A stretch of DNA of 16,827 bases from Candidatus Aegiribacteria sp. (GCA_046498225.1 JAWOBF010000136.1:1-16827); one strand, 5' to 3'. Positions 1 through 8,282 are shown, counted from the first letter of the stretch. Notes: generated from the letters alone by a model not told the origin. A program made the numbers and translations.

Positions 1-2911
1 TGGTGAGATAACCTATGGGAAGGGACTGCCGGAAGGTGTAGTAGGTATCGGGCAGGCAGGATTCCCAGGACTCCACCAGCAGAAGACCTTCCGAGGGAGC
101 TGTTCCGGACACCGTATTGACCTCGCCGGCAAGGAGGGTGTCGGCGGCGATATCGAAGGTCTCCCAGGGAAATGCCAGCGGCAGGCTTCCATCTCCGAAC
201 AGGGCGTACATCGAGTTGTTCGAACCGTAACCCGCGTCTATCTTTCCCAGCATCACGCACATGCCTACTGACAGGTCGCTGTGGGAGAACAGCCGGTCGA
301 AAATGGCTCCCACCATCGTTGCGTTGGCGGGGCCGCCGGTCATGCCGGTGGCTCCCAATCCCAGGATCGCCCCCCCCACGGGAGATGTGGTGACCTGCTG
401 GGCTATGCAGTCGGTGGAGGGATTCTGGAACTGTCCAACCTCGCAGGAACCGAAAATGGCCACCGGAAGACGGGGTCCGCAGCTGAGCAGACCATTGTCC
501 TCCAGGTAGAAAAGTCCTTCGTCGGCCAGCTGGTCATACGAGCCGTGCCCGAGGTAGAAGGATATCAGGGCACCCCGGCTCCAGGCCTCTATGTAGTCAG
601 TCCTGGCTTCGGGTTTGCTCCAGGCGCTGTTCCAGTCGTAGAAGATGAGATAGAACTTCTCCGGTCTGAGAACCCCCGGAAGCCTCTCGGTCAGCAGCCG
701 CTCCACATCCTGTGTATGGTACCTCTCGTCATTGTTGTGAAGGGGCGACCTCTCGTCATCCGCTGCTCCCAGCACTACGGTCTGCCAGCTCCCCGGGCTT
801 TCCACATCCCTGTAGTCGGCCGACCTGCTCACTGCCATCTGGAGGTCCGACGCATTGTTCACGCCGATCCTGGATACGGCCATCTGGGGAATGTTCAGGT
901 CCTGAACTATGGCGAACTGGTCGTCACTGACCACGTGGGTGCTGCGGTACAGAATATCGATGTAAGACGTCCTGGAAGTAATGAAATTCCTGGGGTCCCA
1001 GTTGCCTCCGCCCACCAGTACGAGGTCCGTGGGGATCGGGTCCCAGCCGTCCAGGGCGAAGGAGACCATGGCCCTTATGGCGCCGGGGTCCCGCACTCCG
1101 CCGTTGAATTCCTGGTACACCTCCGAGGCCGACAGGACCTCCGCCCCTCCCCGCTGACCCAGGGGGGCGACGGTTTCGGCGAACTGGTCCGCGGCCACGT
1201 ACAGACATTCCGCGCCGTCGATGGTTCCCCTTATCCTGCCCGGGGACTCGTACGTTACCGCGGCAGGAGAAAGCACAGCCCCGGCATCGGCTATCCACAG
1301 CTCCCTGGACAGCCATGATTCCGGGACCTGGAACTCGAAGGTGTCCGGGTCGTCCAGGGTCACGGACGCTGCCAGCGTGTCTCCGCCCACCAGGAACACC
1401 ATGGCGTCCTCCAGCCCCGCCTCCCTGGTGAAGGACCTGCGGTCGAAGACAGGCCACCACTCCAGCGGGACCTGGACCTGTCCGGCTGCCGAGCTGGAGG
1501 TCCAGGGGAATATCTCGAACCAGTCCATGTAAATGACATCGCTGCCGGAACCACGAAGAACCTGGAGCGACAGGCTGTTCTCCCCGTCCTGTATTCCATC
1601 CAGCTCGAACTGCAGCATGAAGGGAGTGGTGGAATACCATGAGGTGTCGCACATGAGTTCGTTATTCAGGAATATCCGTATCCGGTGGTCCTTTATATTC
1701 GTGGAGGCGAGGCTCATTCTCGCGTAACCGGTGCTCAGGGCACCCGGAGCGTCAAAATCGAAATAGTGCCAGCTGTCGGCGCTTCCGGAGGAACGCAGCC
1801 ATGCCCAGTCGTCACTGAAGCTCACGGTCCCCCTGACTCTTTCCAGGTTCTGTTCCAGATGATACCTGGAGAGGAAGCTGTCCGGCATCGCCGGCGCTCC
1901 GGTGAGCTCACCGTTGTGAACATCCATCCTGGCCCCGTCCTCACCCCCCCAGGTAAGCCAGTAAGTGTTCCGATCGTCGTAGCGGTGGTTGAAATGGTCG
2001 GGCATCTCCAGTTCGGAGGGTTCCCACCAGGCCAGCCCGCGGCCGAAGAAGTAGAGGCGGTCGCCCTGGTCGAAGGTTCCGTCACCGCCGTCGTCCACCA
2101 GTATGGGAACAGCGCGGGGGGAGTAGGCGTTCTCCCACGGCTGGTCTCCCATCTCCCGGCCCCGTCCGCAGAAGAGGGCCAGGCTCGGGGAAGGGGCTCC
2201 GTCGGCCTGGGGGACGTCCGACCATTCGACGCTGTAGATGCCAGCCGTATCCAGTTCCAGTGAGTACCAGGGAAGACCCCAGAAGGGACTCTCCTGGAGA
2301 CTTCGCGCCGGCGCTTCCCACACCCGGTCTCCTCCCTGGAAAAGAGCGCTGAAAACATATCCGGAACGGCCTGCCGATGGGGAGGGCCTTCCGTCTGAAG
2401 GGTAGCTGAGCCTGACGCGGAGTCTGTCGGCGCTCACTAGAACGCCGTCCCGCATGATAACCGGGTGAAGCCTGATACGGGCGAAACCCGCCCTCCTGAA
2501 GGAGCCGGATTCCAGGATGAGTCCCCATGAGGAGGGGACGTCTTCCATCTGCGCGGCGGTGAATACATCTATTCCCTGTGCGGATACTTCAGCCCTGGAG
2601 ACGGTAGCCGGCCCAAGCGGTCCGACACCTTCGGGAATGACCTCCAGCCTGACTTCCGCCCCCGGCGGAACTGCCACCATCATGTCCCGGGCGGGAAGAA
2701 GGACCGAACCGTCCTCTCCGGCCCAGCCGCAGCCCTCGGCCGTGTAACCGGTAAGACCCCGGGGCAGATACGACAGAGGTTCAGCATCCGGGCATTCCCA
2801 CGTGATGAGGGTCTCCGTGTCGTCAACTTCCACCGCCGACGGCGGAGGTGACGAGGTGGTTCCCGGGAATGGGGCCAGAACAAGACTGGTCAGAAGGAAT
2901 AATGTATACAT
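1..2911 (-). CDS. Secreted C25-family (gingipain-clan) cysteine peptidase, PorU (T9SS sortase)-like; 3' end outside the window (>=970 aa)
   Basis: Hand-translated; absent from the ORF track because no stop occurs in the window. ATG at 2911-2909 overlaps the divIVA stop (TGATG). Features: signal-like start MYTLFLLTSLVLAPFP; C25 propeptide-like segment (GSVLLPARDMMVAVPPGAEV...FRRAGFARIRLHPV); PorU-like blocks WYSLELDTAGIYSV, VDDGGDGTFDQGDRLYFFGRG, HRYDDRNTYWLTW, EVYQEFNGGVRDPGAIR, VSDDQF, WQTVVLGAADD; catalytic GALISFYLGHG (His codon 547-545) and FGSCEVGQF (Cys codon 445-443); end-of-domain motif YALFGDGSLPL. Confidence 0.88.
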   Translation of the reverse strand, partial: MYTLFLLTSLVLAPFPGTTSSPPPSAVEVDDTETLITWECPDAEPLSYLPRGLTGYTAEGCGWAGEDGSVLLPARDMMVAVPPGAEVRLEVIPEGVGPLGPATVSRAEVSAQGIDVFTAAQMEDVPSSWGLILESGSFRRAGFARIRLHPVIMRDGVLVSADRLRVRLSYPSDGRPSPSAGRSGYVFSALFQGGDRVWEAPARSLQESPFWGLPWYSLELDTAGIYSVEWSDVPQADGAPSPSLALFCGRGREMGDQPWENAYSPRAVPILVDDGGDGTFDQGDRLYFFGRGLAWWEPSELEMPDHFNHRYDDRNTYWLTWGGEDGARMDVHNGELTGAPAMPDSFLSRYHLEQNLERVRGTVSFSDDWAWLRSSGSADSWHYFDFDAPGALSTGYARMSLASTNIKDHRIRIFLNNELMCDTSWYSTTPFMLQFELDGIQDGENSLSLQVLRGSGSDVIYMDWFEIFPWTSSSAAGQVQVPLEWWPVFDRRSFTREAGLEDAMVFLVGGDTLAASVTLDDPDTFEFQVPESWLSRELWIADAGAVLSPAAVTYESPGRIRGTIDGAECLYVAADQFAETVAPLGQRGGAEVLSASEVYQEFNGGVRDPGAIRAMVSFALDGWDPIPTDLVLVGGGNWDPRNFITSRTSYIDILYRSTHVVSDDQFAIVQDLNIPQMAVSRIGVNNASDLQMAVSRSADYRDVESPGSWQTVVLGAADDERSPLHNNDERYHTQDVERLLTERLPGVLRPEKFYLIFYDWNSAWSKPEARTDYIEAWSRGALISFYLGHGSYDQLADEGLFYLEDNGLLSCGPRLPVAIFGSCEVGQFQNPSTDCIAQQVTTSPVGGAILGLGATGMTGGPANATMVGAIFDRLFSHSDLSVGMCVMLGKIDAGYGSNNSMYALFGDGSLPLAFPWETFDIAADTLLAGEVNTVSGTAPSEGLLLVESWESCLPDTYYTFRQSLPIGYLT

Positions 2912-3444
2912 CACAGCTCCGTCAGTTCCAGCATTGGAGCGTCACCATCTTCTTCCCCGGGGAGCTTTTCCTCCTCCGGTATCATCTCGGACTTTATCCG
3001 CTCCTCTTCCATCTCCAGTGTCTTCCTCTGAGAATCGACGAAGGACCTTATCTGGGACAGGACCGAGAGGCGCCTGTCCTGAAGCTCGCGGATGGTCTCG
3101 GTGAGGACCTGCACCCTCTCCCTGGCCTGGGATATCAGGTTGGAAGCCTTGACCTCGGCGTCCATTATTATGAGCTCGGCTTCACGGTCCGCCTCCTTGC
3201 GGGCCTGGGCAGCGCTCTGCTGCTGCTGGACCAGAACGTCTCTGACAGCACCCTCCATCCGGTCGAAATCGGATGCCCTGGCCCTGAGTACCGTAAGTTC
3301 CTTTTCTGCCTTCTCCAGGTTTTCCACGAGTTCTTCCCAGGCGGAGGCAACCATCTCCAGAAAAGCCTCGACCTCATCTACATCGTAGCCCCTCATGGTC
3401 TTGCGGAAATTCTGTCTTCTGATATCAAGCGGCGTGATACGCAC
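2911..3444 (-). CDS. divIVA: DivIVA domain-containing coiled-coil protein
   Basis: N-terminus ITPLDIRRQNFRKTMRGYDVDEVEAFL is the DivIVA signature, followed by a coiled coil (AEREAELII-like). GTG start with GGAG upstream; located downstream of yggS as is typical. Confidence 0.92.
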   Translation of the reverse strand: MRITPLDIRRQNFRKTMRGYDVDEVEAFLEMVASAWEELVENLEKAEKELTVLRARASDFDRMEGAVRDVLVQQQQSAAQARKEADREAELIIMDAEVKASNLISQARERVQVLTETIRELQDRRLSVLSQIRSFVDSQRKTLEMEEERIKSEMIPEEEKLPGEEDGDAPMLELTEL

Positions 3445-3522
3445 GATGATTCTCCGTTCCTTCTATGTTAACCCCGTGAAGAACTTGAACCGGCGAAGGT
3501 CGCAATGAACATTCCGGCAGGA

Positions 3523-3550
3523 AAATATCGTCGGGAAGAGTGAAGTCAAT
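3523..3550 (-). promoter_or_regulatory. Possible sigma70-type promoter for divIVA
   Basis: Minus strand TTGACT-N16-TATTTT in the 110-bp yggS-divIVA gap. Confidence 0.35.
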
Positions 3551-3554
3551 TCCT

Positions 3555-4265
3555 TCATCTGACCCGCCTGGGGCCGAAGAGGAATCTTCCCAGTCTGACC
3601 GTGGTGGCGCCCTCCCGGACGGCCAGCTGAAAATCGTCGCTCATTCCCATGGACAGCTCCGGTAGCTTCAGGCCGCACCGTTGCTGAAGACCGTCCCGCA
3701 GACGGCGGAGAAGGGCGAAGGCGTCCCTGGTGCGGTCTTCGGTTCCGCCCAGGGGGCCTATGGTCAGAAGGCCGGAAACCGTCAGCCCCAGGTCGTCGAT
3801 CTTTCCCATAGTATCCTCCAGCAGCGAGATATCCGGTTCAAAGCCGTGCTTCGAAGCCTCGCCGGATGTGTTGACCTCCAGCAGGAGGCCGGGCTGGTCC
3901 TCTCCCCTGCCCACGGTTCTCCTGGCGATCTCCCGGGCTATCTTCAGCCTGTCCACTGAATCTATCCAGTGGAAGTCCCGAACAGCCTGACGGACCTCGC
4001 CGGTGTGAATGGGACCTATCATATGGAACTCCGCCGCTTCCGGGCCCAGGGCCTTTACCTTCCTTCCCCCCTCGCTGACCCTGTTCTCCCCTATCAGGGT
4101 GACACCTGCCTGTATGGCAATGGCGGCCACTTCGGGGGGATGGGTCTTTGTCACGGCCATTATCCTGACCCTGCGATCCCCGTCCCCTATGGAACCAAGA
4201 GCTTTACCTATGAGTTCCCCGGCAAGTTCCAGGTTGCTCCTGACGGTATTGACTGAAAGGTCCAT
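3555..4265 (-). CDS. yggS: YggS family pyridoxal phosphate homeostasis protein
   Basis: Motifs MAVTKT (PLP lysine), IGENRVSE, FHMIG, LLEVNTSGEASKHGF, ELSMGMSDDFQLAVREGATTVRLGRFLFG; GGGAGG RBS upstream of the ATG. Confidence 0.96.
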   Translation of the reverse strand: MDLSVNTVRSNLELAGELIGKALGSIGDGDRRVRIMAVTKTHPPEVAAIAIQAGVTLIGENRVSEGGRKVKALGPEAAEFHMIGPIHTGEVRQAVRDFHWIDSVDRLKIAREIARRTVGRGEDQPGLLLEVNTSGEASKHGFEPDISLLEDTMGKIDDLGLTVSGLLTIGPLGGTEDRTRDAFALLRRLRDGLQQRCGLKLPELSMGMSDDFQLAVREGATTVRLGRFLFGPRRVR

Positions 4266-4285
4266 TCTAACCTCCCGATTGGGTG

Positions 4286-4314
4286 AATATGAGCAAACAA
4301 CCCCTTGCTGTCAC
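4286..4314 (-). promoter_or_regulatory. Possible sigma70 promoter for yggS
   Basis: Minus strand GTGACA-N17-CATATT, about 20 nt upstream of the yggS start. Confidence 0.4.
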
Positions 4315-4334
4315 ACCGGGCGAACATATATTAT
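4305..4334 (+). promoter_or_regulatory. Possible sigma70 promoter for the zur-znu operon
   Basis: TTGCTG (4305-4310) followed by TATATT (4327-4332, 16-nt spacer) or TATTAT (4329-4334, 18-nt spacer), directly abutting the palindrome. Confidence 0.4.
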
Positions 4335-4353
4335 CGCAAATGATTTGCGTTAA
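4331..4353. promoter_or_regulatory. Putative Zur (Fur-family) operator, 7-1-7 inverted repeat
   Basis: TTA-T-CGCAAAT-G-ATTTGCG-T-TAA: perfect 7-1-7 core at 4335-4349 plus outer TTA/TAA symmetry. It lies between the -10 element and the AAGGAG RBS of the Fur-family gene; 7-1-7 is the standard Fur-family box geometry. Confidence 0.7.
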
Positions 4354-4362
4354 GGAGACGGC

Positions 4363-4788
4363 ATGGACCGATGCGGTGTATGGGACAGGCTGAGGAAGAA
4401 GGGCCTGAGGATGACCCCCCTGAAAAAACAGGTGGTGGGTCTTTTCCTGGACGGGGGCTGCGGTCTCTCCGCCCGGGACGTACTGGAGAGGCTGGCCGGC
4501 GGAACGCACATCTCATCCGTCCACCGCTGCCTTGTATCACTGGGGAGGTCCGGGTTCCTAAGACCCGACCGGACCGGTGACGGTGTTGTTCGCTGGAGAT
4601 GTTCGAGGTCCTTCTACCCCGACCACGGCCATTTCAAATGCGGCAGGTGCGGCAGGCGCCTCCCGGTGGAGTACAGGCTTCCTGAGGATTTCCTGCGGAA
4701 AGTGGAGACATCCGGGAATTTCAGGGTCGCCGGTTCGGACCTCTACCTGGAAGGAGTCTGCAGAAGATGCGATTCCGGGGACAGCTGA
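4363..4788 (+). CDS. zur: Fur-family transcriptional regulator, probably Zur
   Basis: LRKKGLRMTP..., LSARDV, SSVHRCL helix, HGHFKCGRCG and GVCRRC (two CxxC); first gene of a Zn/Mn ABC operon; AAGGAG RBS. Confidence 0.85.
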   Translation: MDRCGVWDRLRKKGLRMTPLKKQVVGLFLDGGCGLSARDVLERLAGGTHISSVHRCLVSLGRSGFLRPDRTGDGVVRWRCSRSFYPDHGHFKCGRCGRRLPVEYRLPEDFLRKVETSGNFRVAGSDLYLEGVCRRCDSGDS

Positions 4789-5696
4789 CGGATACCCTGG
4801 CTGGACTGGCCGCGGTATGTCTTCTGGCGGCTTCAGGCTGCGGAACCGGCGAAGACACCGGGCACCGGGCTGTAACCGCCGCCGTCAGCATTCTACCGCA
4901 GAAGTATTTCCTGGAAAGGCTGGGAGGCGATCGGGTTGAAGTCATAGTCGTGGTTCCTCCGGGCGCCAGTCCAGCCACATACGAGCCCTCCCCCTCGGAC
5001 ATGAGAAGGATCAGCGGGGCCAGGGTCTGGTTCACGGTGGGGGTAGCGTTCGAGGACGCCTGGATACCCAGGTTCGAAGGTTCCGGCTCCGAACTCGAAG
5101 TGGTCAGCACCATCAGGGACATACAGAGAAGGCCCCTGGGAAGATACTCTGTGGAGACCCTGTCGTTCGACGAGGATGAGGAACACGGACATTCTCACGA
5201 TGAGGGTTCCCCGGACCCCCATGTGTGGCTTTCACCGGAGCTGGTCAGGAAGCAGGTATCGGTGATGGCGGAGGTACTCTCGGAACTGGACCCGGAAGGT
5301 TCGGAGACCTACATGGACAACCTGGGGCTCTTCATGGAGGAGATAGACTCGCTGCAGAACGAAATAGGATCCCTGCTGGAAGACCTGGACCGAAGGAGAT
5401 TCATGGTGTTCCATCCGGCATGGGGATACTTCGCCGACGAATTCGGCCTTGTCCAGGTCCCGGTGGAGAGCATGGGAAGCGAGCCGTCCCCCAGGGAGAT
5501 GTCCATCCTGATCGACCATGCCCGGGAAAACGATATAACCACCGTGTTCGTATCCCCCCAGTTCAGTACATCCTCCGCCGAAACCATAGCCCGGGAGCTC
5601 GGTGGGGGAGTAGCCCGCATCGATCCCCTGGCAGAAGACTGGCCGGACAATCTCTACCGGGTGGCGGAGAAGCTGGCCGAAGAAGCATCCCGATGA
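4767..5696 (+). CDS. znuA: Zn/Mn ABC transporter substrate-binding lipoprotein (ZnuA/cluster A-I)
   Basis: Lipobox LAASGC, VSILPQKY, PPGASPATYEP, acidic/His loop DEDEEHGHSHDEG, DPHVWLSP, FHPAWGYFA, IDPLA. Confidence 0.93.
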   Translation: MRFRGQLTDTLAGLAAVCLLAASGCGTGEDTGHRAVTAAVSILPQKYFLERLGGDRVEVIVVVPPGASPATYEPSPSDMRRISGARVWFTVGVAFEDAWIPRFEGSGSELEVVSTIRDIQRRPLGRYSVETLSFDEDEEHGHSHDEGSPDPHVWLSPELVRKQVSVMAEVLSELDPEGSETYMDNLGLFMEEIDSLQNEIGSLLEDLDRRRFMVFHPAWGYFADEFGLVQVPVESMGSEPSPREMSILIDHARENDITTVFVSPQFSTSSAETIARELGGGVARIDPLAEDWPDNLYRVAEKLAEEASR

Positions 5697-6454
5697 GCCA
5701 TGTCATTAATTTGAAGGGTGTTACCGCGGGCTACCAACGGAACATTCCCATAGTCGACGACATAGACCTGAAGGTGAACCGGGGTGATTTCCTGGCGGTC
5801 ATCGGGCCCAACGGCGGAGGCAAGACCACTCTGCTCAGGGTGATACTGGGACTGCTGGAACCATGGAAGGGCACGGTGGAGGTCCTGGGAGGCCCTCCGG
5901 AAAAGACCAGGGGGCGGGTGGGCTACGTGCCGCAGGTCATGCCGGAAAAGACCTTTCCTGTAAGCGTGACGGACGTGGTCCTGATGGGAAGGCTGAGGAA
6001 AGCCCGTTCTCCGGGCAGGTTCAGCGGCCGGGACAGACGAAAGGCGGAGGAGAGCCTGGAACTCCTGGGAGTGGGCGGGCTTGCGGACACGGACCTGAAT
6101 TCCCTTTCGGGAGGACAGAAACAGAGGGTGTTCATAGCCAGGGCACTGGCGGGAGAACCGGAGGTTCTGCTGCTGGACGAACCGGTTGCCAGCGTGGACC
6201 GGGAGACACAGGATAACTTCTTCAACCTCCTGGCGGAACTGAACGATGACATCACCATAGTCCTGGTGACCCATGATGTGGGAGCCATATCCTCTCACGT
6301 GAAGAACATAGCATGCATAAACCGGCTTCTCATAAGTCACGGTGATACGATATCTTCGGAATCGGTGTCCGAGGCCTACGGGTGCCCCTTCGACCTTATC
6401 TCCCACGGAGGGATTCCCCACCGAATACTGGGCCGGCCGGGAAAGGAACGGTGA
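5693..6454 (+). CDS. znuC: Zn/Mn ABC transporter ATP-binding protein
   Basis: True start is the ATG at 5693, overlapping the znuA stop (ATGA); the track ORF 5225..6454 is over-extended. Walker A GPNGGGKT, VGYVPQ, LSGGQKQR, LLLDEP, VTHD, ACINR. Confidence 0.94.
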   Translation: MSHVINLKGVTAGYQRNIPIVDDIDLKVNRGDFLAVIGPNGGGKTTLLRVILGLLEPWKGTVEVLGGPPEKTRGRVGYVPQVMPEKTFPVSVTDVVLMGRLRKARSPGRFSGRDRRKAEESLELLGVGGLADTDLNSLSGGQKQRVFIARALAGEPEVLLLDEPVASVDRETQDNFFNLLAELNDDITIVLVTHDVGAISSHVKNIACINRLLISHGDTISSESVSEAYGCPFDLISHGGIPHRILGRPGKER

Positions 6455-7266
6455 TGATGGAAGCGCTTTCGTACACCTTCATGCAGCACGCTCTGGCGGT
6501 ATCAGTCCTCGGTTCCATAGCGGCCGGGATCATCGGCACACTTGTCTCGGTGAACAGGATGTCCGCCCTGGCGGGAAGCATAGCCCACGCCTCCTTCGGA
6601 GGACTTGGTCTTGCCTCCGTGGCGGGTTTCGACCCGTTTCTGGGAGCAACCGGCTTCGCCGTTGCATCCTCCCTTGGGATCGCCGCCGTATCGTCCGGCA
6701 GCGGCAGAAGGGCCGGGACCGCCATGGCGGCGGTATGGGCGGCTGGAATGGCCATCGGGCTCATCCTGATCAAGCTATCCGGAACCTACGCGGCGGACCT
6801 GATGAGCTGGCTCTTCGGCAGTCTTCTGGCGGTCTCCTCAAAGGACATTCTCTTCGCGGCCGTCCTCGACGTCATCATACTGCTTGTGGTGGTGGGGTTC
6901 TACAAGGAATTCCTGGCGGTCTCCTACGACCGGGAGTTCAGCCGTCTTCAGGGTGTCCCGGTAGCGCTCTTCAGGGTCATCTTCCTTGTCCTGACCGCTC
7001 TCACCGCGGTGATGCTCATGAGAATAACCGGGCTGATAATGGTCATAGCCATGCTGGCCATACCCCCGGCCATCGCCGAGATATTCACCGGGAGTCTGTG
7101 GAGGATGATGGTGGTGGCATCCGCTCTTACCGTTCTTTTCAGCCTCTCAGGGCTGTTCCTCGCCTGGCATCTGGACCTTCCACCGGGAGCGGTGATCATC
7201 ATGATTGCCTCCGTTGTCTACGCGCTTTCCCTGATGCTGGAGAGGCTCAGGTCAAGATGGGCGTGA
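6454..7266 (+). CDS. znuB: Zn/Mn ABC transporter permease (ABC-3 family)
   Basis: Hydrophobic protein with SIAHASFGGLG, LMSWLFGSLL, FYKEFLAVSYDREF, DLPPGAVII. Start is within GTGATGATG (6451-6459), overlapping the znuC stop, after AAGGA. Confidence 0.93.
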   Translation: MMEALSYTFMQHALAVSVLGSIAAGIIGTLVSVNRMSALAGSIAHASFGGLGLASVAGFDPFLGATGFAVASSLGIAAVSSGSGRRAGTAMAAVWAAGMAIGLILIKLSGTYAADLMSWLFGSLLAVSSKDILFAAVLDVIILLVVVGFYKEFLAVSYDREFSRLQGVPVALFRVIFLVLTALTAVMLMRITGLIMVIAMLAIPPAIAEIFTGSLWRMMVVASALTVLFSLSGLFLAWHLDLPPGAVIIMIASVVYALSLMLERLRSRWA

Positions 7267-8282
7267 CCGGGAGACTTGCCAGAAAATTAATTCGACGTTC
7301 CACCAGGTTTCCCGGTTTTCGGATCCGCACCGGCAGACGCTTCCTCACCGTGCGAATGGATACCACCAACCGGTGCAACCTCCGATGCAGGATGTGCCCG
7401 ATGCGACTCGCGGACAGCGACCCGAACCGGGAATGGGCCGATATCGACCCCGGTCTCTTCCGGAAGATAGCACGGGAGGTATTTCCCCTCGCCCGCACGG
7501 TTGGACTTTCCTGTGGCGCCGAACCATTCTGCAACGCCGGTTTTCCCCGGTTCCTGGAGGGCCTGTACAGGGCAGACGTACCCGTACGGGAGGTGGTTAC
7601 AAACGGCACTCTGATGGGGGAGACGGAGACAGCCGCCCTGCTTCGCACTCCGCCCACATCGCTCACCGTGTCCATAGACGGCGCGAAACCGGAAACACAT
7701 TCTCTGATAAGGGGCGGCGCGGACCTTCAGAAGGTCCTTTCGGCGGTGAGCGAACTGGTCAGGCTGAGGAATGCCGGAGGGAGGAAGTTCCCCATGGTAT
7801 CCTTCAGTTTCACACTTCAGCGGTCCAACCTCCGGGAGCTTCCCGATGTGGTGGAACTGGCGTTCAGGACCGGCGCGGTCTCGGTTGGGGTGGTACCGCT
7901 GGTGCCCTACCGGGGCCTTGATATGTCCGAACAGGTGGTCCCCATGGACTCCGAAGAGGCGATGACCGCCATGATACATGCCAGAGCCGCAGCCGAGCGA
8001 CTGGGCATCCGGCTGGTGGAGGCGGCCCCGGAGGACGGAGACGGAGGATGCCCCTACCTCGCGGACTGGGTCTACATCGATCCCCAGGGCAGGGTGAACC
8101 CCTGCCCATACTGGGACACCTCCAGGCCTCTGGGCGACCTCTCGGAGCGAAGCTTCAAGGAGATTTGGCGGGGCGAGGCCTACCGCTCCCTCAGGGAAAG
8201 GCTAAATGAAGGCCGGCTCACGGGGAACTGCGTCGACTGTCCCGTGAACTCCTCCGGCAACAGGGAAATACGCAAATCCTGA
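7257..8282 (+). CDS. Radical SAM protein with C-terminal SPASM/Twitch-type auxiliary Fe-S domain
   Basis: CNLRCRMC (CxxxCxxC), GAEPF, VTNGTL, VSIDGA, C-terminal CPY-(x)-G-RVNP-C ... LGDL...SFKEIW ... CVDC. Start placed at ATG 7257, overlapping the znuB end by 10 nt; the upstream part of track ORF 6342..8282 is an off-frame shadow of znuB. Confidence 0.9.
   Translation: MGVTGRLARKLIRRSTRFPGFRIRTGRRFLTVRMDTTNRCNLRCRMCPMRLADSDPNREWADIDPGLFRKIAREVFPLARTVGLSCGAEPFCNAGFPRFLEGLYRADVPVREVVTNGTLMGETETAALLRTPPTSLTVSIDGAKPETHSLIRGGADLQKVLSAVSELVRLRNAGGRKFPMVSFSFTLQRSNLRELPDVVELAFRTGAVSVGVVPLVPYRGLDMSEQVVPMDSEEAMTAMIHARAAAERLGIRLVEAAPEDGDGGCPYLADWVYIDPQGRVNPCPYWDTSRPLGDLSERSFKEIWRGEAYRSLRERLNEGRLTGNCVDCPVNSSGNREIRKS

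Noticed and set aside
721..759. 12-bp direct repeat ACCTCTCGTCAT (721-732 and 748-759)
   Set aside because: Only two copies, in frame, encoding a repeated DER within the peptidase; not an array.
281..2263. Plus-strand ORFs 281..1318 and 1685..2263, and minus-strand ORFs 924..1652, 1822..2358 and 2082..2528
   Set aside because: Antisense or off-frame shadows of the PorU-like gene; no motifs and composition typical of GC-rich non-coding frames.
2360..2520. Apparently ORF-poor, structured-looking stretch considered as an ncRNA or riboswitch
   Set aside because: It lies within the continuous PorU-like frame (propeptide-like region) and I recognised no RNA family motif.
5225..5692. N-terminal extension of the ABC ATPase in the track (409 aa)
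   Set aside because: Overlaps znuA in another frame; the real start is the coupled ATG at 5693.
6342..7256. Apparent 646-aa radical SAM fusion protein
   Set aside because: The first ~305 codons are an Arg/Gly-rich off-frame reading of znuC/znuB, not a domain.
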